Position numbers and translations under genes: made by a program. The notes under the pieces are model-generated. The model was not told where the DNA came from. It searched no databases and saw only the letters and a program-made list of their open reading frames with translations. A stretch of DNA of 64,000 nt from Candidatus Heimdallarchaeota archaeon (GTDB taxonomy: Archaea > Asgardarchaeota > Heimdallarchaeia > Heimdallarchaeales > Heimdallarchaeaceae), in contig JAEOTE010000019.1 in assembly GCA_016839945.1 (NCBI GenBank), positions 326 through 64,325 on the forward strand, given 5' to 3'. This document shows, piece by piece, positions 55,121 through 64,000 of this stretch (positions are counted from its first letter, which is position 1; each line of letters starts with the position of its first letter).

Positions 55121-58100
55121 ATGACCATTCATTATCTTGATCAACCATCAACACATGCATCTATCTATTCATTCTTAGATGAAGAGATAAAAGATTGGTT
55201 TACAACAAGATTTCCGGATGGTTTTACCCCACCTCAGCTTTATGCTATCCCTTCAATACATGAAAGAAAAAACACTCTTGTTTTTAGTTCTACAGGTTCA
55301 GGAAAAACTTTTGCTGCTTTCTTGGCAGCGATAAACGAGTTATTTATAGAATCTAAGAAGGGGAAGCTAAAAGACCAGATTTATGTCCTCTATATTTCTC
55401 CTCTCAAAGCTTTAGGGAATGATATAAGAAAAAATCTTGAGGAACCTCTGCAAGGCATACAAGATTTAGCAGCTGCAAATAACATAGTAATTCCCAAAAT
55501 AAGAGCTGCTGTAAGAACAGGAGATACAACCCAAGCTCAAAGAACAAGTATGTTGAAAACTCCTCCTCACATTCTCATTACTACTCCGGAGAGTCTTGGA
55601 TTAATACTAACATCTCCTAAATTCTCTCAGAAACTGAAAAGTGTTAGATGGGTAATTTTAGATGAAATCCATGAGGTGAGTTCAAACAAAAGAGGAGTGT
55701 TTCTTACTTTATGTCTTGAATACCTTCAAGCTGAAATAGCTGAGAAAGCGTTTACTCGAATAGGTTTGTCAGCTACTCAAGCACCTATTGAAGAAATAGC
55801 AAGATTTCTTGTTGGTCGAGATGAAGAAAGTAAGGAAAATGATTGTCACATTGCAAATCTCCCACCTCAACGTAAGTTGGATCTTGAAGTGAAGAGTCCG
55901 GTAAAGGATTTATTACACACCCCATATGTTATGGTTCAAGAGGGGATTTATGCTCTTCTTTCTGATTTAATACTAGATCATGAAACATCTATAGTATTTA
56001 CTAATACTCGAAAAGGGGCTGAGAGTGTAGCATTCAAACTGAAAGAATTTTTAGGTGATGAATATTCATCAGTCATTGCAGTTCATCACTCAAGTTTGTC
56101 AAGAGACACTCGATTAGATGTTGAAGATAGGTTGAAAAATAATGAGCTTCTTGCAGCTGTTACTTCAACTTCCTTAGAGTTAGGGATTGATATAGGCAGT
56201 GTGGAACTAGTTGCACAAATAGGTTCTCCAAAAACTGTAGCTAAGTATCTACAAAGAGTAGGAAGAAGTGGTCATTCACTAGATAGATTTGCAAAAGGAA
56301 GGTTGCTAGTTACTGATCGAGATGACGCAATAGAATGTTCTGTAATAACAAAAAGTACATACAGCAGAGATCTTGATAAAGTTCAGATACCAACAAATTG
56401 TTTGGATGTTCTAGCTCAATTCTTAGTAGGGATATCTATAACTAAAAGATGGAATGTTGATGAAGCTTATAATCTTGTTAAAAAGTCATATAATTATAGC
56501 TCTTTAGAATATGATGATTATATTAATGTATTAGAGTATCTGGGAGGGTATAATTTAGAACTTGAGGAAAGAAAAGTCTACCGAAAAATTTGGTATGATC
56601 ACGAAGAGAAAGCATTTGGAAAAAAGAAGAACACTCGAATTATTTTCTATACAAATTTAGGAACAATTCCAGATAGTTCGGATTATCGAGTTGAATTAGA
56701 AACCTATCGAACAAGACTTGGTGCTCTCTCAGAAAAGTTCATTGAAAGATTAACTCCCGGTGACATATTTGTACTTGGAAGTCATACTTATCAATTCAGA
56801 AGAACTGTAGGGTCTAGAGTTATTGTTTCGGAAGCATTCGGTAGGAGACCTTCAATTCCTAACTGGGTAGGAGAAGAACTCCCAAGATCTTTTGAGCTTT
56901 CTCAGCAAATAGGACGTTTCATCGAAGCAATTGCTCAGAGAATCCAAAAGGATGAAGAAACTGAAGTATTAGATTGGATACAGAGATCCTTTCAATGTGA
57001 TGAAATAATAGCTAAAACTCTTATAGCATATGTAAAGGAGCAATTATTGTTTCTAAACACTGTTCCAAACGATAAAAAATTGCTAATTGAATCTTTTATA
57101 GACCCTCAAGGAAGAATGAATCTAGTTTTTCATGCTTATTATGGGAGAAGAGTCAATGACGCTTTATCGAGAGCATTCGCTTATGCTATTGGGTATAAAC
57201 TTGATTCAGATATCGCATCTGCAGTAAATGACAATGGATTCTTGCTTACTTTTCCTGTTGGTAAGATAATGGAAGTATCTGAAATTCCAGGAATTATTAA
57301 TTCTGCGGATTTAGAGTCTATCCTTAAAAAAGCCATAATAAATACTGAACTATTTCAAACTAGATTCAGGCATGTAGCAAACAGAGCTCTTATGATTCTG
57401 AGAAGAAGTAATAATCGAAGTGTTCCTGTTTCTAGACAAACAATGTATGCAAGAAGGATTCTCTCAACACTTAAAGATCAAGAAAACCTTTGCGTAATAA
57501 ATGAAACTTATAGAGAGATTTTGAGAGATTATATGGATCTTGAAAATTCTCTAACAGTTCTAAAGAAGCTTGAAAGAGGAGAATTTCAATACGAGATAAC
57601 ACCTCTTTCAGATATACCAAGCCCTTTTTCTCATGGTATAGTCTTACTAGGCATAGCTGATATTGTTCAGATATCAGATAGAAGCGCACTACTTAGAGAT
57701 TTACATCAACAGGTTTTAGCAAAAGTATTTGGAAAAGAAGGAACTAAAGAAATTCTTTTCAGTAAAGCTCTTGTAACAAGAATTTTCAATAATCGAAGCT
57801 ACAAGAATGAAGATTTACCTATCTTATCACTGAAACAATTAAGAGCTGCAATTCATGCATTAGCTCCAATAAAATCTATTGAAAGCACAAGTCCTAGTAT
57901 ATATCATTTAGCGGTTGATGATCCTTTGAAATTAAGATCATGGGCATTAGCTCTTCACAACAACAAGGAGTTCATAGATATTTATGTAGAGAAAGGGGAT
58001 TTGAGAACTATTCCAGTAAATGATTATCCAATATTCTGGAATGTATACTCAAAGTCAATTGAACTGACAGACATAGATAAGAAAATATTAAAAACATTAA

Positions 58101-60847
58101 AAACAAAAAGCCCTCTTTCAGCACAAGATATCTCTATTGAAATAAAAGAAACAAAAGGTATAACAGAAAATAGTTTGGAAACTTTAGAAAGAGCTATGTT
58201 AGTAACAAGAACACAGTATGAGCTACAGGGTGGAAAAGTGAAATGGAAACATTGTTTAATAGAGGATATTGTTCCTGATCATCTTACAAAACAAGCCAAT
58301 AGACTTGACCCAGAAGAGTGTTTAAAGAAGCTTCTTCTTCGGTATCTCAAAGTAAATGGACCTTCTACCATCCATCAAATAATAGAATATTTGCGAGTAG
58401 AAGAGGATAAAATTTTACGTGCATTAACAGAACTTGAACAAAAGAGTGAAATCCTAAAAGGACAAATAATTGAATCAACATTGGAACCACAGTACATCAG
58501 ATTGGAAGATAGGGAACTACTTAGAAATCTGAGTAATAGGAAGCTTGATTCAATCATTCTAACTCCAGAAGAATTGAACTTCATTCATTATTATTTTGTG
58601 GTTGACAAATATCACCAAAAGGAACTGATGGGAAAAGAAAATGTATTAGGAATTTTGAACACTTTTGGATCTCTAGAAGATTTAAGTTCCTTAGCTGTTA
58701 GAATAAAAGATTATGATATAGAATGGATAAGACAGCTGGTAGAGAAAAACGAATTGATACAAGGAAGGTTTAGCCATGGAAGAATTTCTTATGTGACAAG
58801 AGAGGTGTTTCCCCATTATTATATGGCTTACAGACAATCCTTCAAACTAACAAGAGTAGAAGAAGAAATTATTGCTTCAATACGAAAATATGGTCCTCTC
58901 ACAAAAAGAGAAATTATTGAATTTACAGAGCTTGAAAATGATGTAGTACAAGAGAGTCTGTCGATTTTAGATAAAACTCTCTATTTAGTCAGGAAGTCAG
59001 TTACTACAGGTTCCTTCCTTCCCAAGCACTTCATTCCTAATGTTTATGATATATCTTCTAGATATCTTCCATCTGGGAATCTACCTTCTTATGAAGAGAG
59101 TCAAAAGCACATACTTCTAAAAACAATAAAGTGTTTAGGCCCAGTTTCCCTTGTTGAACTCACTCATGTTTTAGGTTTCAGATATGGTGACGTTGAAAGA
59201 ATGATTAAAGAACTGATTAAGAAGGAAAGAATAATCGAGAAGAAACTTACCGAAAGAGAAACTAACTATTATATGACAAGTGAAAGATTTACTGAAATAT
59301 CAAAGATTAAACAAGATTTTATTTATTCTGCTTTGAGAGAAGATGAAAAAGTAAAGATTATTCCCAGAGATGATCCATTCACAAAACTTGGTTTAAGAAT
59401 CCATTTAAGAGATATATATGGAGAAGGTCACATAGATCCAATACTGCTAGATGGAAAAACCATTGGTTCAGTAGAATATAAATTGTTTAAAGGACAATAT
59501 CTCCAGATTTATGATTTGAAGTTAAATGATGATATTCTATATTCATCACAGATTCTTCAAAAAATATCGATTGAGTTAATAAATTATATCCGTCGTGTTC
59601 ATAAGGTTCTAAGTCTTCAGATTGAGGATATTAATGGTAAATCAGTGTTATCAAAATCAAACAAATTTGTAACTGATTACTTTGTTAAAACAGGTTTCAA
59701 GTTAATAAAAGATACTTTGGTCGGTGGAGACACAGTCTCAAGAGTTTTCCAGAAAAGTATCGTAAATAAATTAGTTATGGATAAACTCTGGCTAAAGAAA
59801 CAAAGTCCTAGTTTAAATGCTGAGATTCTCTTAGCTTTAGTGAATCATCTTGGATTTGTTAGCATCAATGAGATACTTGTTAGATTCCCAGAAAATATTA
59901 CAACAGTAATAGTTTATCTGATCAATAAACTCTTGGAAAAGAAATCAATAATTCTCCAAGATGGTGTTCTCTATTCTCTCTCCTTTGCTAGATACAGAAA
60001 AAGTGGTCTTCGTAGAAGAAGGAAAATAAGTTCTAAACACCAGGAACTTTACAAGAATATACAGAAAGGTTTCACAAATATTCAAGAATTAAGTAATAAG
60101 TGGAAAGACACTAGTGTTAGTCTCAAATCCTCTTTAGCTGTTCTGGAAAACAATCTGTTGATCAGTGTCAAATCTATAGATAACTTCCTCAATCCATTAG
60201 ATTACCAAGATATCAGTTCATTCATTCCAGAATTAGAAGAGGATATAGTTCAAGTAAAACAGAATTACATTTATGACATCGTGCAAAGTTTAGGAATTGC
60301 TAAAGAAGAACAGATTGCTGAGAGAGGAGCAATTCCTGGAGTTTTGTCTAAGGTTAGAATTAGGGAGATACTTGCAATATTGGTTGAAAACGAGAGGATT
60401 TTTGGAGGAAGGTTTATTGAAAATGATTTACAATTTTATTATCTAACAAAACAAAACTATGATGAGCTAATAATGCTAACAAAGAAGGAAGAGTCAAAGG
60501 TTGAATATGCACCTAAGGAAGAAAGAGAAAGATTCTACTTAATCCATCCAACTGATGTTGCTAACATTGTACTAAGGCAAGATTATCCTGAAGGTTTTGA
60601 TGTATCAAATGATAACTATACAGTGATTCTTAATCAGAAACTTGTAGCTCAATGCAAAATAGATGTTTCTGATGAGAAAAGAATTGTAGTTAAGAATCTT
60701 AATCTTGTTCCTGGATTAGAATCAGAAATAGCATACAACTACATAGTAAATGCCATAGAGACTATTCCAACTTCTTCTACTAGAGAAATAGAAGCTATAA
60801 TTATAAAGAAAATAAACAATATCCCAACCAATTCCTTGGTGATTTAA
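55121..60847 (+). CDS. lhr: Lhr-family superfamily-2 helicase with ~1050-aa C-terminal extension of AlkZ/YcaQ-like (HTH_42) winged-helix modules
   Basis: 1908 aa. Helicase motifs: I STGSGKT, II DEIH, III SAT, VI QRVGRSGH. Lhr-specific blocks: YTNLGTIPD, LTPGDIFVLG..YQF, HAYYGRRVNDAL. The core ends about nt 57700. After that come repeated xxLLxxYLxxxGPxTxxxI winged-helix units and two (I/L)xPxDP...ILLxGK beta-units. Confidence 0.85.
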   Translation: MTIHYLDQPSTHASIYSFLDEEIKDWFTTRFPDGFTPPQLYAIPSIHERKNTLVFSSTGSGKTFAAFLAAINELFIESKKGKLKDQIYVLYISPLKALGNDIRKNLEEPLQGIQDLAAANNIVIPKIRAAVRTGDTTQAQRTSMLKTPPHILITTPESLGLILTSPKFSQKLKSVRWVILDEIHEVSSNKRGVFLTLCLEYLQAEIAEKAFTRIGLSATQAPIEEIARFLVGRDEESKENDCHIANLPPQRKLDLEVKSPVKDLLHTPYVMVQEGIYALLSDLILDHETSIVFTNTRKGAESVAFKLKEFLGDEYSSVIAVHHSSLSRDTRLDVEDRLKNNELLAAVTSTSLELGIDIGSVELVAQIGSPKTVAKYLQRVGRSGHSLDRFAKGRLLVTDRDDAIECSVITKSTYSRDLDKVQIPTNCLDVLAQFLVGISITKRWNVDEAYNLVKKSYNYSSLEYDDYINVLEYLGGYNLELEERKVYRKIWYDHEEKAFGKKKNTRIIFYTNLGTIPDSSDYRVELETYRTRLGALSEKFIERLTPGDIFVLGSHTYQFRRTVGSRVIVSEAFGRRPSIPNWVGEELPRSFELSQQIGRFIEAIAQRIQKDEETEVLDWIQRSFQCDEIIAKTLIAYVKEQLLFLNTVPNDKKLLIESFIDPQGRMNLVFHAYYGRRVNDALSRAFAYAIGYKLDSDIASAVNDNGFLLTFPVGKIMEVSEIPGIINSADLESILKKAIINTELFQTRFRHVANRALMILRRSNNRSVPVSRQTMYARRILSTLKDQENLCVINETYREILRDYMDLENSLTVLKKLERGEFQYEITPLSDIPSPFSHGIVLLGIADIVQISDRSALLRDLHQQVLAKVFGKEGTKEILFSKALVTRIFNNRSYKNEDLPILSLKQLRAAIHALAPIKSIESTSPSIYHLAVDDPLKLRSWALALHNNKEFIDIYVEKGDLRTIPVNDYPIFWNVYSKSIELTDIDKKILKTLKTKSPLSAQDISIEIKETKGITENSLETLERAMLVTRTQYELQGGKVKWKHCLIEDIVPDHLTKQANRLDPEECLKKLLLRYLKVNGPSTIHQIIEYLRVEEDKILRALTELEQKSEILKGQIIESTLEPQYIRLEDRELLRNLSNRKLDSIILTPEELNFIHYYFVVDKYHQKELMGKENVLGILNTFGSLEDLSSLAVRIKDYDIEWIRQLVEKNELIQGRFSHGRISYVTREVFPHYYMAYRQSFKLTRVEEEIIASIRKYGPLTKREIIEFTELENDVVQESLSILDKTLYLVRKSVTTGSFLPKHFIPNVYDISSRYLPSGNLPSYEESQKHILLKTIKCLGPVSLVELTHVLGFRYGDVERMIKELIKKERIIEKKLTERETNYYMTSERFTEISKIKQDFIYSALREDEKVKIIPRDDPFTKLGLRIHLRDIYGEGHIDPILLDGKTIGSVEYKLFKGQYLQIYDLKLNDDILYSSQILQKISIELINYIRRVHKVLSLQIEDINGKSVLSKSNKFVTDYFVKTGFKLIKDTLVGGDTVSRVFQKSIVNKLVMDKLWLKKQSPSLNAEILLALVNHLGFVSINEILVRFPENITTVIVYLINKLLEKKSIILQDGVLYSLSFARYRKSGLRRRRKISSKHQELYKNIQKGFTNIQELSNKWKDTSVSLKSSLAVLENNLLISVKSIDNFLNPLDYQDISSFIPELEEDIVQVKQNYIYDIVQSLGIAKEEQIAERGAIPGVLSKVRIREILAILVENERIFGGRFIENDLQFYYLTKQNYDELIMLTKKEESKVEYAPKEERERFYLIHPTDVANIVLRQDYPEGFDVSNDNYTVILNQKLVAQCKIDVSDEKRIVVKNLNLVPGLESEIAYNYIVNAIETIPTSSTREIEAIIIKKINNIPTNSLVI

Positions 60848-63193
60848 ATGTCCTTAGAGAATATAACCCTTAATCTTGAACAATTAAGTCTTTATCTTTC
60901 TGAAAAACAGAACCTATCACACAAGTATAAAGGGATAAATTACAGTCATTCGATTTCTATAATTAACAACATTGTTGTATTTCAAGATACAGAATCACTT
61001 TATGTTAGAATGAGAACATTCTCACCTGCTCTTATTCATTCACTTGTCAAAAACAAGCATCTAGTGCATGCTCCTTTCAAATCTGGAAAATTAGCATATG
61101 TTGGAAAACAGCTCTTATCAAGTTTTTATTATATGAATCTAAAAGAAAATATTGAATACAAAAAACCAGATACAAGAGCAGTATTGGATTTTATTAAAGA
61201 TCAAGGAGCAGCAACTCGACAGAAAATTATGGAATCTTTTAAGTTATCAAAAGAAGAAGTCATGGATATTCTTTCAGAACTTAGAATGAACTTTCAAATA
61301 TTCATGTTCTATGATGGAACTACTTGGACAATTAATCATGCAGACATTCTACTAGATGAAACTCAAATTAGCAAAGCTTCTGCAACCACTGAACTAATTC
61401 GTAAGCTGATCAAAAGCTATGGCCCCATCACGGTTCCTCAAATCATGTCTATTCTCCAGATGTCGGGAGGAAGAGTAAGTACAAGTATCATTGAGTTGTT
61501 TGAGAACAAGAAAATTATTAGAGGATACTTCATAGAAAACTCTAGCTATGAAGCATTCTTAGCAGCTGATGAACTAGAGTATCTTGAGGAATTCCTCAAC
61601 AAATATTCAAGTGAAAGCAAAAAGGAATTAGAAATTTTACCATTATCTGACCCATTAGCTGAATATTGGGCGTCTGCAGATTTTATTAACCTAGGTGAAA
61701 TTCATCAAGAAATACTTCTAGTTTCAGGAAAACCAATATGTTCTTTTGATTATAAGATAATAGGAGATAACCTACATATTCTAAACCTCACTAAATCCTC
61801 TGAATATCCAAGCTTTGAAGATGAAGCAAAAACAAAAATACAAGAATTTTCCGAAAACAAAGGTAAAATTCTTGTTTTCCCAGAATTACGGTCAGAAGCC
61901 CTTGAAAATCAATCAAGAGAATTTGTACAAACACTAACTCAAAGAGGATATTTAGCTAGATCAGATGGATTAGTATATCATGCCTCTAAATTTACTAAGA
62001 AAGAAAGTAGTGAAAGACTACTATCTTATAGTGATGTTTTTGAGCTTCTAATAGACATTCAATCATTAATAAAAACAAGGTTATTTAGTTCTAAAGCTGA
62101 TATTGTTAAAGGGTTGTCTAATCTAGGGATTCCCCTCTCCACCTCCTCATTACTTATTCGGATAGAAACTGGAAAAGATCATTTAGTTAATGAGATGATT
62201 ATTAACAAACAATTAGTATCAGGAAAATTTGGAGCTTTTTTTAGAGGTATTATTTCTTCTAAAGATTACAAAATATTTTCTAAACTAAGCGTTACTAAAA
62301 AAGTGGGAGTATTAGAAGAAAAGACTCTGAATTTTATTAAACAGAAAGAAAAAGTTGACTTTAAACAATTAAAAGCTGCTATTAATCTTTCAGATAGAGT
62401 ATTGTTGTCAACATTACTTCGTCTTGAAACTGCACATGAGATAGTTCAATCAAAATCAGTATCAAATCAAACAATCTGGATGCCTGTCTCTAAGTTTATG
62501 AGTGGAGTTAAAGCAATTGAGATAGAATCACAGAGAGAAGCTTGGATAGACGTTCTTTACAGATTTTTGTCATCAAATCTACCTTTGACTATTAATCAAA
62601 TAGCAAATATAACTGGATTATCAAATACACAGATTGAGGTCTATCTTAAAGAAATGATAGCTTCCAAAGGAGTTAGATCTGGACGCTTTATTGAAGAAGA
62701 AAATGAAGTTCAATTCACAACTAAAGAAATTGAAGAATTAATAGCTGGATACATCTATCAAAGAGGTGAATTGGAAGGACAAAAAGAATCTATATCGATG
62801 ATTTATATTCCACGAAACGATCCTTTACTAACATTATACAAAACCTATCTCCTAAAAAGATTCAAACTTAAATCTCTCTTTATTAGAGCTTTACCCTCTG
62901 ATTTTGCTGAATTAATTCTTATGAATGGCATTCCTGTTACCGCTTTACATTTCAAAAAACAGGAAAAGATTGAGTATGTAAACAATATTGAAATTCTGCC
63001 CGAATACAATGACTCTCACTCTCTCATACTGATATTTAGTGCGATACAAGAGCACCTGAACAAAACAAAAGATAAAGGAAAACGCCAGTTAAGAATAAAA
63101 CAAATAAACGGTGTCTTACTCCATTCAGAAGCAGGAAAAAAATATCTCTCTCTAATCAAGGATATGCAACTTGATTTTCTTATCCAACCTTAG
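60848..63193 (+). CDS. stand-alone tandem AlkZ/YcaQ-like winged-helix repeat protein (paralog of the Lhr C-terminal extension)
   Basis: 781 aa. The ATG directly follows the Lhr TAA (TAAATG). WH units include LIRKLIKSYGPITVPQIMSIL and LPLTINQIANITGLSNTQIEVYL. Beta-units include LEILPLSDPLAEYW..ILLVSGKPICSFDYKI and MIYIPRNDPLLTLY. Confidence 0.6.
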   Translation: MSLENITLNLEQLSLYLSEKQNLSHKYKGINYSHSISIINNIVVFQDTESLYVRMRTFSPALIHSLVKNKHLVHAPFKSGKLAYVGKQLLSSFYYMNLKENIEYKKPDTRAVLDFIKDQGAATRQKIMESFKLSKEEVMDILSELRMNFQIFMFYDGTTWTINHADILLDETQISKASATTELIRKLIKSYGPITVPQIMSILQMSGGRVSTSIIELFENKKIIRGYFIENSSYEAFLAADELEYLEEFLNKYSSESKKELEILPLSDPLAEYWASADFINLGEIHQEILLVSGKPICSFDYKIIGDNLHILNLTKSSEYPSFEDEAKTKIQEFSENKGKILVFPELRSEALENQSREFVQTLTQRGYLARSDGLVYHASKFTKKESSERLLSYSDVFELLIDIQSLIKTRLFSSKADIVKGLSNLGIPLSTSSLLIRIETGKDHLVNEMIINKQLVSGKFGAFFRGIISSKDYKIFSKLSVTKKVGVLEEKTLNFIKQKEKVDFKQLKAAINLSDRVLLSTLLRLETAHEIVQSKSVSNQTIWMPVSKFMSGVKAIEIESQREAWIDVLYRFLSSNLPLTINQIANITGLSNTQIEVYLKEMIASKGVRSGRFIEEENEVQFTTKEIEELIAGYIYQRGELEGQKESISMIYIPRNDPLLTLYKTYLLKRFKLKSLFIRALPSDFAELILMNGIPVTALHFKKQEKIEYVNNIEILPEYNDSHSLILIFSAIQEHLNKTKDKGKRQLRIKQINGVLLHSEAGKKYLSLIKDMQLDFLIQP

Positions 63194-63239
63194 TGCTTTC
63201 CAAGGGAATCTTTTTTACTTAAGAAGTAAATTTTCATTT

Positions 63240-64000
63240 ATGAAAAGATCAGCTCAATATGCTGGTACATTTTACTCAAATAAACCAGAAGAGTTAATTC
63301 GTTCTATCAAAGAATGCTTTCAGAGTCCTTTTGGTCCTCAGAAATCTATTGATCAAGTAGAAAAAACAACAGAACCAATACCTTTCTTCCTTGCACCTCA
63401 TGCGGGATATATGTATAGTGGCCCTGTTGCAGCATGGAGTTTTCTGGAGCTAAGCAAGTATGAGCAACCTGAAACAGTAATCGTTATAGGGCCTAATCAT
63501 ACTGGATTGGGTTCAGAAATAGCAATAGCGGATGATGTTAGTGCTTGGGAAACTCCTTTAGGTGACGTAGAAATAAACCATGAACTTATAGATAAGATTA
63601 CAGATTTAAGCCACTTAATAACAAAAGATGATAGAGCACATTCTAGAGAACATTCCATTGAAGTTCAACTGCCATTCCTTCAATTCATCTATAAAGAACC
63701 TATTAAGTTTGTACCTATTTCATTATTGAATCAAGGGATGGATGCTGCAATAATGTTAGGAGAAATTATAAGTAAAGCATGCGAAAATGAAAGTGTAAGT
63801 GTAATAGCTAGCAGTGATTTTACTCACTATGAACATCATGATGTAGCTTCAAATCAAGATAATAAAGTTCTTGAAAAAATTGTTAATTTAGACATAAAAG
63901 GAATGTATGACTTGAAATACGAACTGAATGTTTCAATGTGTGGATATGGTCCAATTGCTACAACAATTGAAGCAGCAAAAAGAATGAATAGAACTAAAGG
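63240..64000 (+). CDS. MEMO1/AmmeMemoRadiSam system protein B family; C-terminus lies beyond the window
   Basis: Not in the ORF track because it is open at the window edge. From ATG 63240: MKRSAQYAGTFYSNKPEEL...FLAPHAGYMYSGPVAAWSF...VIGPNHTG...HSIEVQLPFL...SSDFTHYE. Confidence 0.8.
   Translation, partial: MKRSAQYAGTFYSNKPEELIRSIKECFQSPFGPQKSIDQVEKTTEPIPFFLAPHAGYMYSGPVAAWSFLELSKYEQPETVIVIGPNHTGLGSEIAIADDVSAWETPLGDVEINHELIDKITDLSHLITKDDRAHSREHSIEVQLPFLQFIYKEPIKFVPISLLNQGMDAAIMLGEIISKACENESVSVIASSDFTHYEHHDVASNQDNKVLEKIVNLDIKGMYDLKYELNVSMCGYGPIATTIEAAKRMNRTK

Noticed and set aside
1-64000. Search for CRISPR arrays, IS elements or inverted terminal repeats, integrases, prophage genes and rRNA/tRNA genes
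   Set aside because: I saw no regularly spaced direct repeats, no transposase, integrase or capsid-like ORFs, and no GC-rich structured RNA islands. The only sizeable DNA-level repeat is the hdrA gene duplication.

Overview
AT-rich, gene-dense archaeal chromosomal segment. I call 57 protein-coding features, including two edge-truncated genes absent from the ORF track, two pseudogenes and one small ORF. By eye I found no rRNA, tRNA, CRISPR array, transposase or integrase. Archaeal hallmarks: RpoK, ribosomal protein L44e, a class-III-signal-peptide pilin, a SEC11-type signal peptidase, group-3c MvhADG hydrogenase with Hdr, and a geranylgeranyl reductase. Several eukaryote-like signature proteins suggest an Asgard (Loki-type) origin, which is inference only: an Arf-like and a Rag/Arf-like small GTPase, a RING-H2 finger, longin-like domains and a possible DENN-like protein. 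Main blocks: (i) 5.6-19.8 kb, a single co-directional 14-gene redox supraoperon: 2-oxoacid:ferredoxin oxidoreductase (delta-alpha-beta-gamma), HdrA, MvhD-G-A, a second HdrA, hydrogenase protease, HdrC-HdrB, and an SdhB-/SdhA-like pair. (ii) 20-28.5 kb, mixed housekeeping genes and lineage-specific unknowns. (iii) 28.7-42.9 kb, a cell-envelope island: a B-box membrane protein, two processive GT2 synthases, a GT-C-like protein, and converging on them a longin-7TM protein plus two orphan FtsX/MacB-type permeases, one with a ~1000-aa ectodomain. (iv) 43-55 kb, housekeeping genes (AhcY, SucCD, L44e, RpoK, NAT) interleaved with a signal-peptidase/RING-H2 fusion, an Arf-like GTPase and a catalytically dead NSUN/PUA protein. 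(v) 55-63 kb, a 1908-aa Lhr helicase with a ~1050-aa C-terminal array of AlkZ/YcaQ-like winged-helix modules, abutted by a 781-aa paralog made only of such modules. All family assignments come from motif reading; no database search was possible.
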